A stretch of DNA of 64,000 nt from Opitutaceae bacterium (GTDB taxonomy: Bacteria; Verrucomicrobiota; Verrucomicrobiia; Opitutales; Coraliomargaritaceae): assembly GCA_051252375.1 (NCBI GenBank), contig JBPOFY010000001.1, forward strand, positions 384,001 to 448,000. The letters run 5' to 3'. Below, piece after piece: positions 1 to 11,899 of the stretch. Position 1 is the first letter of the stretch; the number at the start of each line of letters is the position of its first letter. The position numbers and the translations under genes are program-made. Under the pieces are notes generated by a model that saw only the letters and a program-made list of their open reading frames with translations, had not been told where the DNA came from and searched no databases.

Positions 1-15
1 TCAACGTAATAAATT

Positions 16-234
16 ATGTTCAACATACTCGCAGAAATCTCTGGTAATATCAACGTCGCAGCAGCAGCTATCGGTGTTCCTCTCGGCATTGGCCTCATTG
101 GCTTCAAAGCTTGTGAAGCTGTAGGTCGTAACCCTGAAGCCGCTACTAAGGTATTGGTCCAATCGATTATCGCCATGGCTTTCGCTGAAGCGATCGTGTT
201 CTTCGCGATCTTCCTTGGCAAGATGGCTGGCTAA
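16..234 (+). CDS. atpE: F0F1 ATP synthase subunit c
   Basis: 72 aa, two hydrophobic helices, RNP loop, conserved Glu in FAEAIVFF; first gene of the atp cluster seen here. Confidence 0.95.
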   Translation: MFNILAEISGNINVAAAAIGVPLGIGLIGFKACEAVGRNPEAATKVLVQSIIAMAFAEAIVFFAIFLGKMAG

Positions 235-252
235 ACCACTCTTTAAGAGTCT

Positions 253-286
253 TGCCGACGATCCACTTTGGATCGTCGGCACTTTT
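253..286 (+). terminator. Strong hairpin after atpE (leaky terminator or mRNA-stabilising stem)
   Basis: TGCCGACGATCCA-ctt-TGGATCGTCGGCA perfect inverted repeat followed by CTTTT. Confidence 0.6.
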
Positions 287-313
287 AAATACATTTCCCA
301 ACTTTCCTTATTA

Positions 314-952
314 ATGAAGGCCATATTCATCACATTGCTCTTAGCATTATCACTCCCGCTCGGGCTTTATTCAGCGGAAGACCTTCACGTTGATTCGCAC
401 GATGCTGCTACCGTAGTCGGCGAGCATGCAGAGCAGGGTGTGATTTCCGAACTTGCTGGTAACTTCGGTATAACTTGGCCGACTCTTATCGCGCAGATGG
501 TTAATTTCATCATTGTCGCGTTTGTCCTATACAAATTTGCCGTTAAGCCGATCGCAGCGACACTTGATGAGCGCCAACAAAAAATTGCCGACGGTCTTCA
601 GTATGCTGAAGAGATGAAAGCGCAATTGGCTGCAGCTGAGCGCGAGCGCGCAGAAAAGATCAAAGAAGCCGCCGCTCAAGCACAACGTATTTTGACCGAG
701 TCTCGCGAGCAATCGAAGGAGATGATTGAGCAAAAGACTCAAGAAGCTGCCGCTCAAGCTGAAGCGATCATTCGTAAAGCAAGTGAAGCGACCGAGCTTG
801 AGCGTCAAAAGATGCTTTCCGATGTTCGCCAAGAAGTGGCCCGTCTGGTTGTTGCAACTTCTGCTAAGGTGCTTGCTCGCGACCTCTCTGATACAGAGAA
901 GCAAACCTTCTCCGATTCCGCTGCCAAGGAATTGGCTAGCGCTGGCAACTAA
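314..952 (+). CDS. atpF: F0F1 ATP synthase subunit b with N-terminal signal-like extension
   Basis: [28 protein letters not shown] segment, then LDERQQKI coiled coil; start moved to ATG 314 to avoid overlapping atpE and the hairpin. Confidence 0.92.
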   Translation: MKAIFITLLLALSLPLGLYSAEDLHVDSHDAATVVGEHAEQGVISELAGNFGITWPTLIAQMVNFIIVAFVLYKFAVKPIAATLDERQQKIADGLQYAEEMKAQLAAAERERAEKIKEAAAQAQRILTESREQSKEMIEQKTQEAAAQAEAIIRKASEATELERQKMLSDVRQEVARLVVATSAKVLARDLSDTEKQTFSDSAAKELASAGN

Positions 953-971
953 GCCTTCAATTTTTTAACAG

Positions 972-1367
972 ATGAAACGCGACAAAAAGATCACTCAGTT
1001 AGCCAAGAAGCTCGTAGAGCTTTCGAAGGACAACGGTGTCGTGACTGAAGCTAAAGTCGGCGAAGTGCTCGCTGGTCTTAAGCAAGTGAAGCACCGCCAT
1101 CATCTGACCGTCCTCAAGACCTTCCTCGTATATCTACGTCGCGAAGTCGCTTTGCAGACTGCAGTTGTTTCGACTCCGGCAGCTTTAAGTGCGGATGCGC
1201 TGGCTGCGATCGAGGCAAAATTCTCGTCCGTTTATGGCCGCACAATCACTGCAGTCACAAAACAAGATACTTCTTTAATTGCTGGTGTGCGTGTGCGCGT
1301 CGGCGACGATGTGTATGATGCGTCCGTTTCTGGTCGTCTTCAGCGCCTCGCCGAAAGCGTCAACTAA
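972..1367 (+). CDS. atpH: F0F1 ATP synthase subunit delta (short form)
   Basis: C-terminal DTSLIAGVRVRVGDDVYDASV motif; between atpF and atpA. Confidence 0.9.
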   Translation: MKRDKKITQLAKKLVELSKDNGVVTEAKVGEVLAGLKQVKHRHHLTVLKTFLVYLRREVALQTAVVSTPAALSADALAAIEAKFSSVYGRTITAVTKQDTSLIAGVRVRVGDDVYDASVSGRLQRLAESVN

Positions 1368-1370
1368 TCC

Positions 1371-1398
1371 TTCTAACTACTTTCTATTAACTTCCTCC
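1371..1398 (+). repeat. Degenerate heptamer array before atpA
   Basis: TTCTAAC TACTTTC TATTAAC TTCCTCC. Confidence 0.55.
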
Positions 1399-1408
1399 TC
1401 TTTTTACA

Positions 1409-2953
1409 ATGAGCTCAATAGTCGAACAAATCGAAAACGAGATCGCTAGCTTCGAAGCTGGCGCCGTCAAATCCAACACTGGTAAAATCGTCTCCATCGC
1501 TGATGGTGTGGCCAAGCTCGAGGGCTTGTCCGGCGTTATGTATAACGAAATGATCGATTTCGGTAAGGGCATCTACGGAATCGCCTTGAATCTTGAAGAA
1601 GACGAAGTCGGTTGCGTTATCCTCGGTGACTATTCCAAGCTGAAAGAGGGCGACGAAGCCTCCACTTCCGGCAAACTACTTTCCGTTCCCGTCGGCATGG
1701 GCCTCCTTGGTCGTGTGGTTGATGCGATTGGTAGTCCAATCGATGGCAAGGGCCCGATCAACTCGACAGAGACTTACCCTGTTGACCAAGTCGCACCTGG
1801 TATCATCCCTCGTAAGTCGGTTGATCAGCCGATGCAGACTGGTATCATGGCGATTGACTCGATGATTCCAATCGGTCGTGGCCAACGTGAGCTTATCATT
1901 GGTGACCGCTCAACTGGTAAAACCACCATCGCGATCGATACCATCATCAATCAAGCGAAGATCAACAACCAGCACCGTAACGAAGACGGCACCTTCCCGG
2001 AAGGTTTCCGCCCAGTTTACTCGATCTATGTCGCGATTGGTCAGAAGAATTCAAATATTGCTCGCACGATCGCTGTTCTTGAGAAAGCCGGCGCGATGGA
2101 ATACACTATCATCGTTTCCGCTTCTGCAGGCGACAATCCTGCCAATCAATACATCGCACCTTTCTCCGGTGCATCCATGGGCGAATACTTCATGCACAAT
2201 GGCATGGACGCGCTCATCGTATATGATGACCTTTCCAAGCAAGCCGTAGCTTATCGTCAGATTTCCTTGGTTCTTAAGCGCCCATCTGGTCGTGAAGCGT
2301 ATCCTGGTGACGTTTTCTACCTCCACTCTCGCCTCCTCGAGCGTTCTGCTCGTGTGAATGAGAACAATGGTAATGGTTCCCTCACCGCGCTCCCAATTAT
2401 TGAGACGCAAGCAGGTGACGTTTCCGCTTACATTCCAACTAACGTGATCTCGATCACCGACGGTCAGGTCTTCCTTGAAACAGACTTGTTCAATCAAGGT
2501 ATCCGCCCAGCGGTATCGGTTGGTCTCTCCGTTTCTCGTGTGGGTTCTGCCGCGCAGATCAAAGCGATCAAGAAGGTTGCCGGTAAGGTGAAGCTGCAAC
2601 TCGCTCAGTTCCGTGAGCTTGCCGCTTTCGCGCAGTTCGGTTCCGACCTCGATGCGAAGACCAAGGCTCAGCTTGAGCGTGGTGCACGTGTTGTGGAGCT
2701 CTTCAAGCAAGTCGCTTTCAACCCGATCCCTGTCGAAGTGCAATCTTCCCTCATCTGGGCGGTTCAAAATGGTTTCTTCGATACCATCCCTGTTGCAAAG
2801 ATCGTAGAAGCGACCATCAACCTTCGTGAATTCTTCGAAACACGTGGCTCCAAAACCATGGACACCATCCGTTCCGAAAAAGCGATCAGCGATGAGTCCG
2901 AAGCAGCGATCAAGTCTTCCCTCGAAGAGTGGAAAGCCGGCTTCACTGCTTAA
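1409..2953 (+). CDS. atpA: F0F1 ATP synthase subunit alpha
   Basis: GDRSTGKT Walker [22 protein letters not shown]. Confidence 0.99.
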   Translation: MSSIVEQIENEIASFEAGAVKSNTGKIVSIADGVAKLEGLSGVMYNEMIDFGKGIYGIALNLEEDEVGCVILGDYSKLKEGDEASTSGKLLSVPVGMGLLGRVVDAIGSPIDGKGPINSTETYPVDQVAPGIIPRKSVDQPMQTGIMAIDSMIPIGRGQRELIIGDRSTGKTTIAIDTIINQAKINNQHRNEDGTFPEGFRPVYSIYVAIGQKNSNIARTIAVLEKAGAMEYTIIVSASAGDNPANQYIAPFSGASMGEYFMHNGMDALIVYDDLSKQAVAYRQISLVLKRPSGREAYPGDVFYLHSRLLERSARVNENNGNGSLTALPIIETQAGDVSAYIPTNVISITDGQVFLETDLFNQGIRPAVSVGLSVSRVGSAAQIKAIKKVAGKVKLQLAQFRELAAFAQFGSDLDAKTKAQLERGARVVELFKQVAFNPIPVEVQSSLIWAVQNGFFDTIPVAKIVEATINLREFFETRGSKTMDTIRSEKAISDESEAAIKSSLEEWKAGFTA

Positions 2954-2957
2954 TCAC

Positions 2958-2985
2958 TTCTGAATCCTTAATTCTGACTTCTATA
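2958..2985 (+). repeat. Heptamer array before atpG
   Basis: TTCTGAA TCCTTAA TTCTGAC TTCTATA, then TAGA-ATG. Confidence 0.65.
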
Positions 2986-2989
2986 TAGA

Positions 2990-5349
<2,360 letters not shown>

Positions 5350-5360
5350 GCGCGGAGCGC

Positions 5361-5447
5361 TTAATGGCGAATCGCTTATAGGTAATAGCTAATTTAAAAA
5401 TTACTGGCAAACTACTGAATCCTGTATTCTCCATTCTGACTTCTTAT
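5361..5447 (+). repeat. Two heptamer arrays between atpD and atpC
   Basis: TTAATGG CGAATCG CTTATAG GTAATAG CTAATTT (5361-5395) and TACTGAA TCCTGTA TTCTCCA TTCTGAC TTCTTAT (5413-5447). Confidence 0.65.
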
Positions 5448-5451
5448 TAAA

Positions 5452-5862
5452 ATGATTACACTTGAAATAATTACACCTGACGAAAAGGTCCTCAGCACCG
5501 AGGCCACACAGGTCGTATTGCCGACCGAGTCGGGTGAAACAGGTATTCTCACTGGCCACATCCCGATGGTGACGAAGATCGTCGCCGGAGAGTTGAGGGT
5601 CATTAAAGATGGCGTTAGCGAATACATCGCAGTTGACCACGGCTTTGCCAAGGTTCTTGGCAACACGGTTTCCGTGCTCACCGAAGCAGCTGTTGACGTG
5701 AAGGAGATTGATCTCGGAGAGGTAGAGTCTGCTCAAGCCCGCGCCGAAGAAGCACTCCGCGCAGCCGCAGCAGAAGGAGCCGATCCAGCCGAAGTCGAAC
5801 GCCTCGAAACCAGCGTCCGTTATCTGATCGCTCAAAAGCTGGCCAAAGGCCGTCGCCGCTAA
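5452..5862 (+). CDS. atpC: F0F1 ATP synthase subunit epsilon
   Basis: LEIITPD, GETGILTGHIPM; last gene of the operon. Confidence 0.96.
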   Translation: MITLEIITPDEKVLSTEATQVVLPTESGETGILTGHIPMVTKIVAGELRVIKDGVSEYIAVDHGFAKVLGNTVSVLTEAAVDVKEIDLGEVESAQARAEEALRAAAAEGADPAEVERLETSVRYLIAQKLAKGRRR

Positions 5863-5882
5863 TCGCAGCCAAATCAATTTAC

Positions 5883-5915
5883 AAAACGCGTCTCTCAAAA
5901 GGGGGCGCGTTTTTT
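5883..5915 (+). terminator. Rho-independent terminator of the atp operon
   Basis: AAAACGCGTCTCT-loop-GGGGCGCGTTTTTT stem with T-tract. Confidence 0.85.
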
Positions 5916-5954
5916 GTGTCTAGACACTATTGACTAACGGGTTACTTTATTTTC

Positions 5955-6314
5955 ATGCCAACAAGCTACGCACTCTATCTCGACGACGTCCGTCATCCGC
6001 CTCAGACGGGGGAGGATTGGGTCCTGGTTCGGTCGGTGGCGGCGATGCGGGAGCTACTCGAAGTGCGCGGTATCCCTGCTCTGGCTTCGTTTGATTATGA
6101 GCTCGGGCGGACAGATCCCTCGAATGATGGTGGCGATGCGGTGGCGAGTTTTTTGGAGTTCATCCAGTCGGTTGCAAATGCGGAAGAGCCGGTCGATGTG
6201 GAAGTTCGTTTGCATACCAGCTCAAGCTACGGGGCGACTAGGATGGCCGAGTTGTTGCGCAACAGCTACAATGCTTGCGGCGAAGCAGGTATACGTCTCA
6301 TGCATTCATATTAA
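5955..6314 (+). CDS. Cyclic-phosphate-processing receiver-like domain protein (stand-alone)
   Basis: LYLDDVRHPP...W..VRS...ASFDYELG...LHTSS pattern matches the family motif as I recall it (LDD.R..P, S.DHDLG, HS.N). Confidence 0.65.
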   Translation: MPTSYALYLDDVRHPPQTGEDWVLVRSVAAMRELLEVRGIPALASFDYELGRTDPSNDGGDAVASFLEFIQSVANAEEPVDVEVRLHTSSSYGATRMAELLRNSYNACGEAGIRLMHSY

Positions 6315-6317
6315 TGC

Positions 6318-6344
6318 GGTAGCGGCGGTTGTCCCAACCGCCAT
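6318..6344 (+). repeat. REP, GTAG family A
   Basis: GGTAGCGGCGGTTGTCCCAACCGCCAT; identical core at 8741. Confidence 0.85.
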
Positions 6345-6429
6345 CAGTATCCCATTTGCCTTCTCCGGTCTAAAACCGCGCCCCATTTCTATGATTGGAA
6401 AACACTAAATGGGAGCTAGGCTGCTTTGT

Positions 6430-6945
6430 ATGGAAACTCTACTGGAAATCTTGCAACGTCCGTTCGTGATTGGGTTGATCATTGGATTGATCCTTATGTT
6501 CGTGGTGTGGTTGCGGTCGCTTAGTAAGATGAATGCGGCGAAGAAAGCGCATGCCAAAGAGAGCCGAGAGTTGCTTGCAAAGGTCGGACGATTAGAGACA
6601 CACATACGCACGCAAATGGAACTCAGTGCCGATGGAAGTGTGGCTGTAAAAGCCGAAGTCGAAGAGTTGAAGAAGCAGATCGAAAATTTACGTGTCTCCA
6701 ACAACTCACTTTCAACCAAGCCAGGTCGTGCCGAGTTGCGTCAACTTCACCTTTATGAGAAAGCGCTTAGTGTGATGCATGTGCGGGCACCTGGTTTTTC
6801 TGTCGCTTGGAGTGAAGCGATCCGAGACGCCGAAGCGGAACTGGAAAAAGAAGAGCGGGGCCTGTTGAAGTGGATCCGAAAGCCTTTTCAATTAGGAAAA
6901 GCCAGCACAGCCGAAGAGGTGACTGAAGTTGAGGAGACGCAGTAG
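6430..6945 (+). CDS. Membrane-anchored coiled-coil hypothetical protein
   Basis: N-terminal TM ([17 protein letters not shown]) followed by a heptad-rich region; start could be 6409. Confidence 0.75.
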   Translation: METLLEILQRPFVIGLIIGLILMFVVWLRSLSKMNAAKKAHAKESRELLAKVGRLETHIRTQMELSADGSVAVKAEVEELKKQIENLRVSNNSLSTKPGRAELRQLHLYEKALSVMHVRAPGFSVAWSEAIRDAEAELEKEERGLLKWIRKPFQLGKASTAEEVTEVEETQ

Positions 6946-7021
6946 GCAACTAGTTGCACTGTGCAATAAAAGCGGTCTGTCGTTGGCTCGTGCCGATGTA
7001 GATGATGGCTACTTCGTGAGG

Positions 7022-8740
7022 ATGACTGGCATAGCTTTAAATTATCTGTGGGCGTTCTGTGCTCTTTGTTTGGCGCATGCTGCCTTTGCTGTGGAGCATC
7101 CGGCGGTGGTTCATCGTGAGTTTATCCATACAGAGGATGTGGGTTTTGGGAACAGTGTGTTCCTCGTGGGCGATGCGGAGCTGTTGGGTGCCAATGATCC
7201 GACCAAAGGGATTCAAATGCGCTATACCGCAGGTAATGTCTGGAAAGCGAATGTGGCGATTGAGCCACGTGCGGGGGCTTTGAATTATCAATTCGTCAGC
7301 CGTGCGACGGATCCTTCGGTGTATTGCGATTCCAGTAACACGTCCAATCTGAGTGCCGGGGATACGCTTGTATTGGGCGATGATGCGCCTGCGCCTTATG
7401 AGGGAAAGACGATTTATTATTACAGCGCATGGGAGCAGGTGAATCTGTTCTATTGGTCAACGAGTGCAGGTGTATTTGTCGAACAAGCGATGGCCCGTGT
7501 GGGCGATGGTCGCAGCGAAGACGAAGGACTGTATAAGATCGCCGAGATTGGTGAGGCTGGTCGGGACTTGATTTTCATTTTCAACAATGGCGATGGCTTG
7601 TGGGATAATGCCTTTGGTCAATCTGGGCAAAATTATGAAACGTCCTTAGATTTTATCTTCGTTCAGGACGGGCACGTCTTTAACTACTGGCCAGCAGCGG
7701 CGGTGTCCGCTCCCCGTTTCGAGACTCGCGCGGTCGCGTCCACGGTGGTCGGTATTGATGGGCGCAATATTAAGATTTATCTGCCTCGTGGTTATGACTC
7801 GCACCCGAACAGACGCTACCCGGTGCTCTATATGCATGATGGACAAAATGTCTTTTCACCGGGCGGTAGCTTTGGCAGTTGGGACGTCGATCTGACTGCG
7901 AGTGCCGAGATACAGATGGGTCGAGTGCGTGAATGTATCATTGTAGCGATTGATAATACTGAGGACCGACTTTCTGAATACTTGCCGCCTACAGATGACT
8001 TCAATGGCACAGGTCGCTGCGATGATTACGCCAGTTTCGTTATCGATAATGTCCGACCGACCTTAGATGTGAATTATCGAACTTTGAAAGACCCCAGCAA
8101 TACGCTGTTGATGGGCTCGTCTTTTGGCGGCATCGCGACGATCTACATGGGTTGGGCGCACGCATCGGTGTTTGGAAAGCTCGGAGTGCTGTCGCCCTCT
8201 TGGTGGGCGATTCCTAACTTACGCAATCAAATGCACTCGGTAGACGCCCGCTCGGAGCGAGTCTTTCTCTATTGGGGGACCGAGGAGTCGTCCACTTCGG
8301 CTGACGCCGCAACTTGGTGGCCTCCGTTCCTTGATGGCTATGATATTTACCTGAGTCAGGGCTATCATGTGGGTGGCGATTTCCTTTCGAGGGTAGGGTG
8401 TGGACTCGCTCACAATGAAGCTGCATGGGCGAACCAGATGGCAGAGGCGCTGGGCTTTCTCCTTGATGTAAACGATTCACCCAATGAGTTGGCTTATGTT
8501 GAGGCGCGTCCAGCTGTAGAAATTGCTGTCAATGAAGGAGACGAGGTGAATCTTCAATTTACAGGGATCTCAGGCTATCGCTATGAGTTTGAATCGACGG
8601 ATGATCTCACCGACGGAGAATCATGGAGTCTCGTGTCAGCACACGTGACGAGTCGCTATTGGAAAACGTTCTCGGTGAGCGACACCATAGAAGCAGAAGA
8701 AACTGCAGGTTTCTACCGTGTATCGGTAACGCTAGATTAG
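7022..8740 (+). CDS. Secreted alpha/beta-hydrolase (esterase) with N-terminal starch-binding-like (CBM20-like and CBM25/26-like) modules
   Basis: Signal peptide; GFGNSVFLVGD..LG (CBM20-like); FIFNNGDGLWDN; RYPVLYMHDGQN; GSSFGG nucleophile elbow; HNEAAW. Confidence 0.75.
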   Translation: MTGIALNYLWAFCALCLAHAAFAVEHPAVVHREFIHTEDVGFGNSVFLVGDAELLGANDPTKGIQMRYTAGNVWKANVAIEPRAGALNYQFVSRATDPSVYCDSSNTSNLSAGDTLVLGDDAPAPYEGKTIYYYSAWEQVNLFYWSTSAGVFVEQAMARVGDGRSEDEGLYKIAEIGEAGRDLIFIFNNGDGLWDNAFGQSGQNYETSLDFIFVQDGHVFNYWPAAAVSAPRFETRAVASTVVGIDGRNIKIYLPRGYDSHPNRRYPVLYMHDGQNVFSPGGSFGSWDVDLTASAEIQMGRVRECIIVAIDNTEDRLSEYLPPTDDFNGTGRCDDYASFVIDNVRPTLDVNYRTLKDPSNTLLMGSSFGGIATIYMGWAHASVFGKLGVLSPSWWAIPNLRNQMHSVDARSERVFLYWGTEESSTSADAATWWPPFLDGYDIYLSQGYHVGGDFLSRVGCGLAHNEAAWANQMAEALGFLLDVNDSPNELAYVEARPAVEIAVNEGDEVNLQFTGISGYRYEFESTDDLTDGESWSLVSAHVTSRYWKTFSVSDTIEAEETAGFYRVSVTLD

Positions 8741-8817
8741 GGTAGCGGCGGTTGTCCCAACCGCCACCAGCATCGGTCGATCCTGACGTATGGCGATTAG
8801 GGACAATCGCCGCCACC
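8741..8817. repeat. Inverted REP pair (family A)
   Basis: GGTAGCGGCGGTTGTCCCAACCGCCA (8741-8766) and inverted ATGGCGATTAGGGACAATCGCCGCCACC (8790-8817). Confidence 0.85.
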
Positions 8818-9585
8818 TTTATGCGCGCGCTGAAACGCCACGCCGAGACCCATCAGAGTGAGGTCTTCGACGAATAAACTTTTTTGTGCCCAGTCCTTGG
8901 TCAAGTTGGCGATACTGCCGCCCGTGGAGAGGACGACTGGTGCGGTTTCGCCACGTGATTGCAGTTCGGCGGTTACGCGGGCGAGGAGGGCATCGATCAT
9001 TCCGGAAAAGCCGACCGCGACGCCCAGCTTCATGGCGTGTATCGTGGACTTGCCGATCGCGCCTTCGACATTGAGTAGGTCCTCGGCTTTCAGTTCTGGG
9101 AGTAGTGCTGTCTGTTCGTGCAGGTATCTGGTCATCACGGCGAGACCGGGGGCGATGATGCCACCTTCGTAACCAGCGCTGGAAACGATGTCGAAGGTCA
9201 CGGCAGTGCCCATGTCGATGACGATGGCGGGAATGCCGTAAAATTCCTGAGCAGCAATCGCGTTGGCGATACGGTCTTGCCCGATCTCCTTTGGCTTTGG
9301 ATAAACTAAATCTAGCCCAGGGCAACTGTCACAGGTGAGGTGGAAGACCGGTCGACCCAGCGGTTCAAGGCTGGAGCAAAGCGATTGATTGATGTCCGGA
9401 ACAACCGAACAAAAGGAAATGCCCGATATGTCTCCGACTAGGGACATAATGCGTTTCGTAAACTCTGCTGAAGGACCATGGTCAAAGTCATGGGTCGGGA
9501 AATGACCCGTGGCGTGCACAGTTTGCCCATCCACTAAACCATAGTGGGTGCTGGTGTTGCCGACATCGATACAAAGTAAATTCAT
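8797..9585 (-). CDS. coaX: Type III pantothenate kinase
   Basis: [37 protein letters not shown]. Confidence 0.95.
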   Translation of the reverse strand: MNLLCIDVGNTSTHYGLVDGQTVHATGHFPTHDFDHGPSAEFTKRIMSLVGDISGISFCSVVPDINQSLCSSLEPLGRPVFHLTCDSCPGLDLVYPKPKEIGQDRIANAIAAQEFYGIPAIVIDMGTAVTFDIVSSAGYEGGIIAPGLAVMTRYLHEQTALLPELKAEDLLNVEGAIGKSTIHAMKLGVAVGFSGMIDALLARVTAELQSRGETAPVVLSTGGSIANLTKDWAQKSLFVEDLTLMGLGVAFQRAHKGGGDCP

Positions 9586-9637
9586 AATGTGTAATAGCTA
9601 AAAACTAATTATTTAGTCATGAGTGATTCGCAATTAG

Positions 9638-10672
9638 CTATTTTTTTAAAGTGACATCCCCTGCGCGAATGCTGTGTAAGGTGCCGGTTTCAGTTTTTAG
9701 TAGCAGTGCTCCGCTATCGTCGATGCCTGAGGCGATGCCAGAGATCTCCTTGCCGCCCATGATGGCGGTCACGTGTTGACCGGCGAGTGCACTGAGTGGT
9801 GCCCAAGCGTCGGCGAGGTTTTCAGTGGGGTTGTTGCCGATGGAGACATTGTAGGCTTTGTCGATGGCAGCGATGACTTGCGCGGCCACTTGGTTGAGTG
9901 GCAGCTCCTTGCCGTTGACGGCATAAAGACTAGTCGCGAGCTTGCGAATCGCCTCTGGGTATTTTGCTGGGTTGCTATTTACGTTCAGACCGATGCCGAA
10001 AACGATGCTGCGGATGCTGTCTGCGTCCATCTTCGCTTCGGTCAACATCCCGGCAAATTTGCGACCATCGCAGTGGAGATCGTTGGGCCATTTGATTTTC
10101 AGGGGGGCGTTGGGCACCAAGCTTTGCAGTGCACGGCAAATATAGATCCCCGCCCAAAGTGTGAAGTGCTGGAGCTGCTGCGGTGGAATGTTGGGCTCGA
10201 AGACAACAGACAGGTAGAGATTGTCGGCTGATGCGCTGTGCCAGTCGCGACCAAGGCGTCCGCGACCTTTGGTTTGGCAGCTAGATGTCACCGAAAAGGG
10301 ACTTGCCCTTCGATGTGAGAGTTGTCGCTCGGCTTCGCTATTAGTGCTATCGATGACAGGGAAGTAAATCACGTCCATGTCAGTGCCTGCTTTCTCTCCG
10401 TAGTAGCGGATCAATGCCGGATGTATGACTTCTGGCTCTTTGACGAGGCGGTAACCTCGGTTGCGGACGGCTTCGAACTCGAAACCTTTGTCGCGCAGCT
10501 TTTCCAGTTTCCCCCAAATCGCTGGTCGGGACATATTGAGCTGCTCGCCGAGTAAACTGCCGGAAACAAACCCCTCACCTGCATCAAGCAAAGCTTTGAT
10601 AATGGTGTATTCGTCTTCGGTGGACGTGACTTCGCGGTATTCTGTGTCCAGCATTTCATGGGTTTTGATCAT
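9638..10672 (-). CDS. birA: Bifunctional biotin ligase/repressor
   Basis: N-terminal HTH ([19 protein letters not shown]), [24 protein letters not shown]. Confidence 0.95.
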   Translation of the reverse strand: MIKTHEMLDTEYREVTSTEDEYTIIKALLDAGEGFVSGSLLGEQLNMSRPAIWGKLEKLRDKGFEFEAVRNRGYRLVKEPEVIHPALIRYYGEKAGTDMDVIYFPVIDSTNSEAERQLSHRRASPFSVTSSCQTKGRGRLGRDWHSASADNLYLSVVFEPNIPPQQLQHFTLWAGIYICRALQSLVPNAPLKIKWPNDLHCDGRKFAGMLTEAKMDADSIRSIVFGIGLNVNSNPAKYPEAIRKLATSLYAVNGKELPLNQVAAQVIAAIDKAYNVSIGNNPTENLADAWAPLSALAGQHVTAIMGGKEISGIASGIDDSGALLLKTETGTLHSIRAGDVTLKK

Positions 10673-10770
10673 TTATTGCTCTATTGTTAAGCGCTAAATA
10701 GCGATGCAGTTTCTTCCGCGCGCATATTTTGTAATGGGTTTTATAATAACTATATGCTGTCTTCGAACTT

Positions 10771-11823
10771 ATGAAGTCGGCTGGCCTAGTTATATTGCTG
10801 TTGTTTCTCGCACTAAACATGCATGGGAAAGTAGTGACGGCGTCGCTCAACTTAGATGGTCAGGCGCCATTGAACGATATTGTTGTGACCATCGTTCCTC
10901 CCGTAGCTTCTAGTTCGAGCACAACTACACTGAGCGGATCCCTGCTTGTGGCGTTCGACATCGATACAGACCTTGATCAGGTTTCCAGCGTGAACGTGCT
11001 GAGTGGTGATATGGTTGGCTCACCACTGGAATTCATTAGCACGAGTTTCCTTCTCCGTTATAATATCAGCACATCAGGTAACATTGGGGTAGATATCTTC
11101 ACACCATCCCCGCCTTCAGTTGTGAATCCTGTGACTGGCGAGTTTGATGCAGCAGAACACACCTTTTTGATCAATGAAGGCATCTTATCTGGAGAGCTAA
11201 CCCCATTTCTCTCCCCGACGAGCACATTTTCGACTGACTTTTCGATAGAACCCTTTGGCGATTCCAGTAGTGGAACCGGAGTAGTCACCATTTCTTTGCA
11301 AAGCAGTGATGCCGTCTCGAAGACCTACTCGATTGAGATGCTGTATCCTGTGAGCACGACGACCCCATTGGATGTAGATGGGACACTAATCGATGTGGTT
11401 GTGTTGGGAGAGATCAAAGCGATCGGCACAGTGACTGTTCCTTTGCTTACAGAGTTTGAATTGTGGCTTCAGGAGAATTCCCTTCCGAGCGCTCAATTCG
11501 AGGAGCTGAATCAGTTTGGCTTTGCCTTGGGTATTCAATGGGCGTTGGGCCTCAGTGCGAGCACCTCGCCTCAAAACTTTATGCCAGTGCTCGACGTCGT
11601 TTCACCGACCTCGACTCTCTACACGCTGGCATTGCCGGCGGGTGGCTCAGCTGGCGATCTAACGATTCTCTATGCCACGGATTTGGGGCAGCCATTTACA
11701 GTTCTTGATTCTGCAGCGGTCAGCGTAGGAAACCCGATTCCCGGGGGCACCACTGGCTTGGTCACGATCACGCTACCTAGCTCGGGTCGCGGCTTTATCA
11801 AACTGAGCGCGACCGAGCCTTAG
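10771..11823 (+). CDS. Secreted Ser/Thr-rich hypothetical protein
   Basis: Signal peptide, beta-rich body, C-terminal region ending GFIKLSATEP. Confidence 0.75.
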   Translation: MKSAGLVILLLFLALNMHGKVVTASLNLDGQAPLNDIVVTIVPPVASSSSTTTLSGSLLVAFDIDTDLDQVSSVNVLSGDMVGSPLEFISTSFLLRYNISTSGNIGVDIFTPSPPSVVNPVTGEFDAAEHTFLINEGILSGELTPFLSPTSTFSTDFSIEPFGDSSSGTGVVTISLQSSDAVSKTYSIEMLYPVSTTTPLDVDGTLIDVVVLGEIKAIGTVTVPLLTEFELWLQENSLPSAQFEELNQFGFALGIQWALGLSASTSPQNFMPVLDVVSPTSTLYTLALPAGGSAGDLTILYATDLGQPFTVLDSAAVSVGNPIPGGTTGLVTITLPSSGRGFIKLSATEP

Positions 11824-11853
11824 GGCATTCTTCGCCTAGTTTATCTCATGGGG

Positions 11854-11881
11854 GTAGGGCGCGATTTCCGTATCGCGCCGC
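11854..11881 (+). repeat. REP, GTAG family C
   Basis: GTAG-GGCGCGAT-ttccgt-ATCGCGCC-GC. Confidence 0.75.
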
Positions 11882-11899
11882 ATGAAAATGGAATACGGA

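Noticed and set aside
16..234. Na+-translocating ATP synthase
   Set aside because: The c subunit has EAIVFF rather than the ES/T..Y sodium-binding signature, so it is probably proton-coupled.
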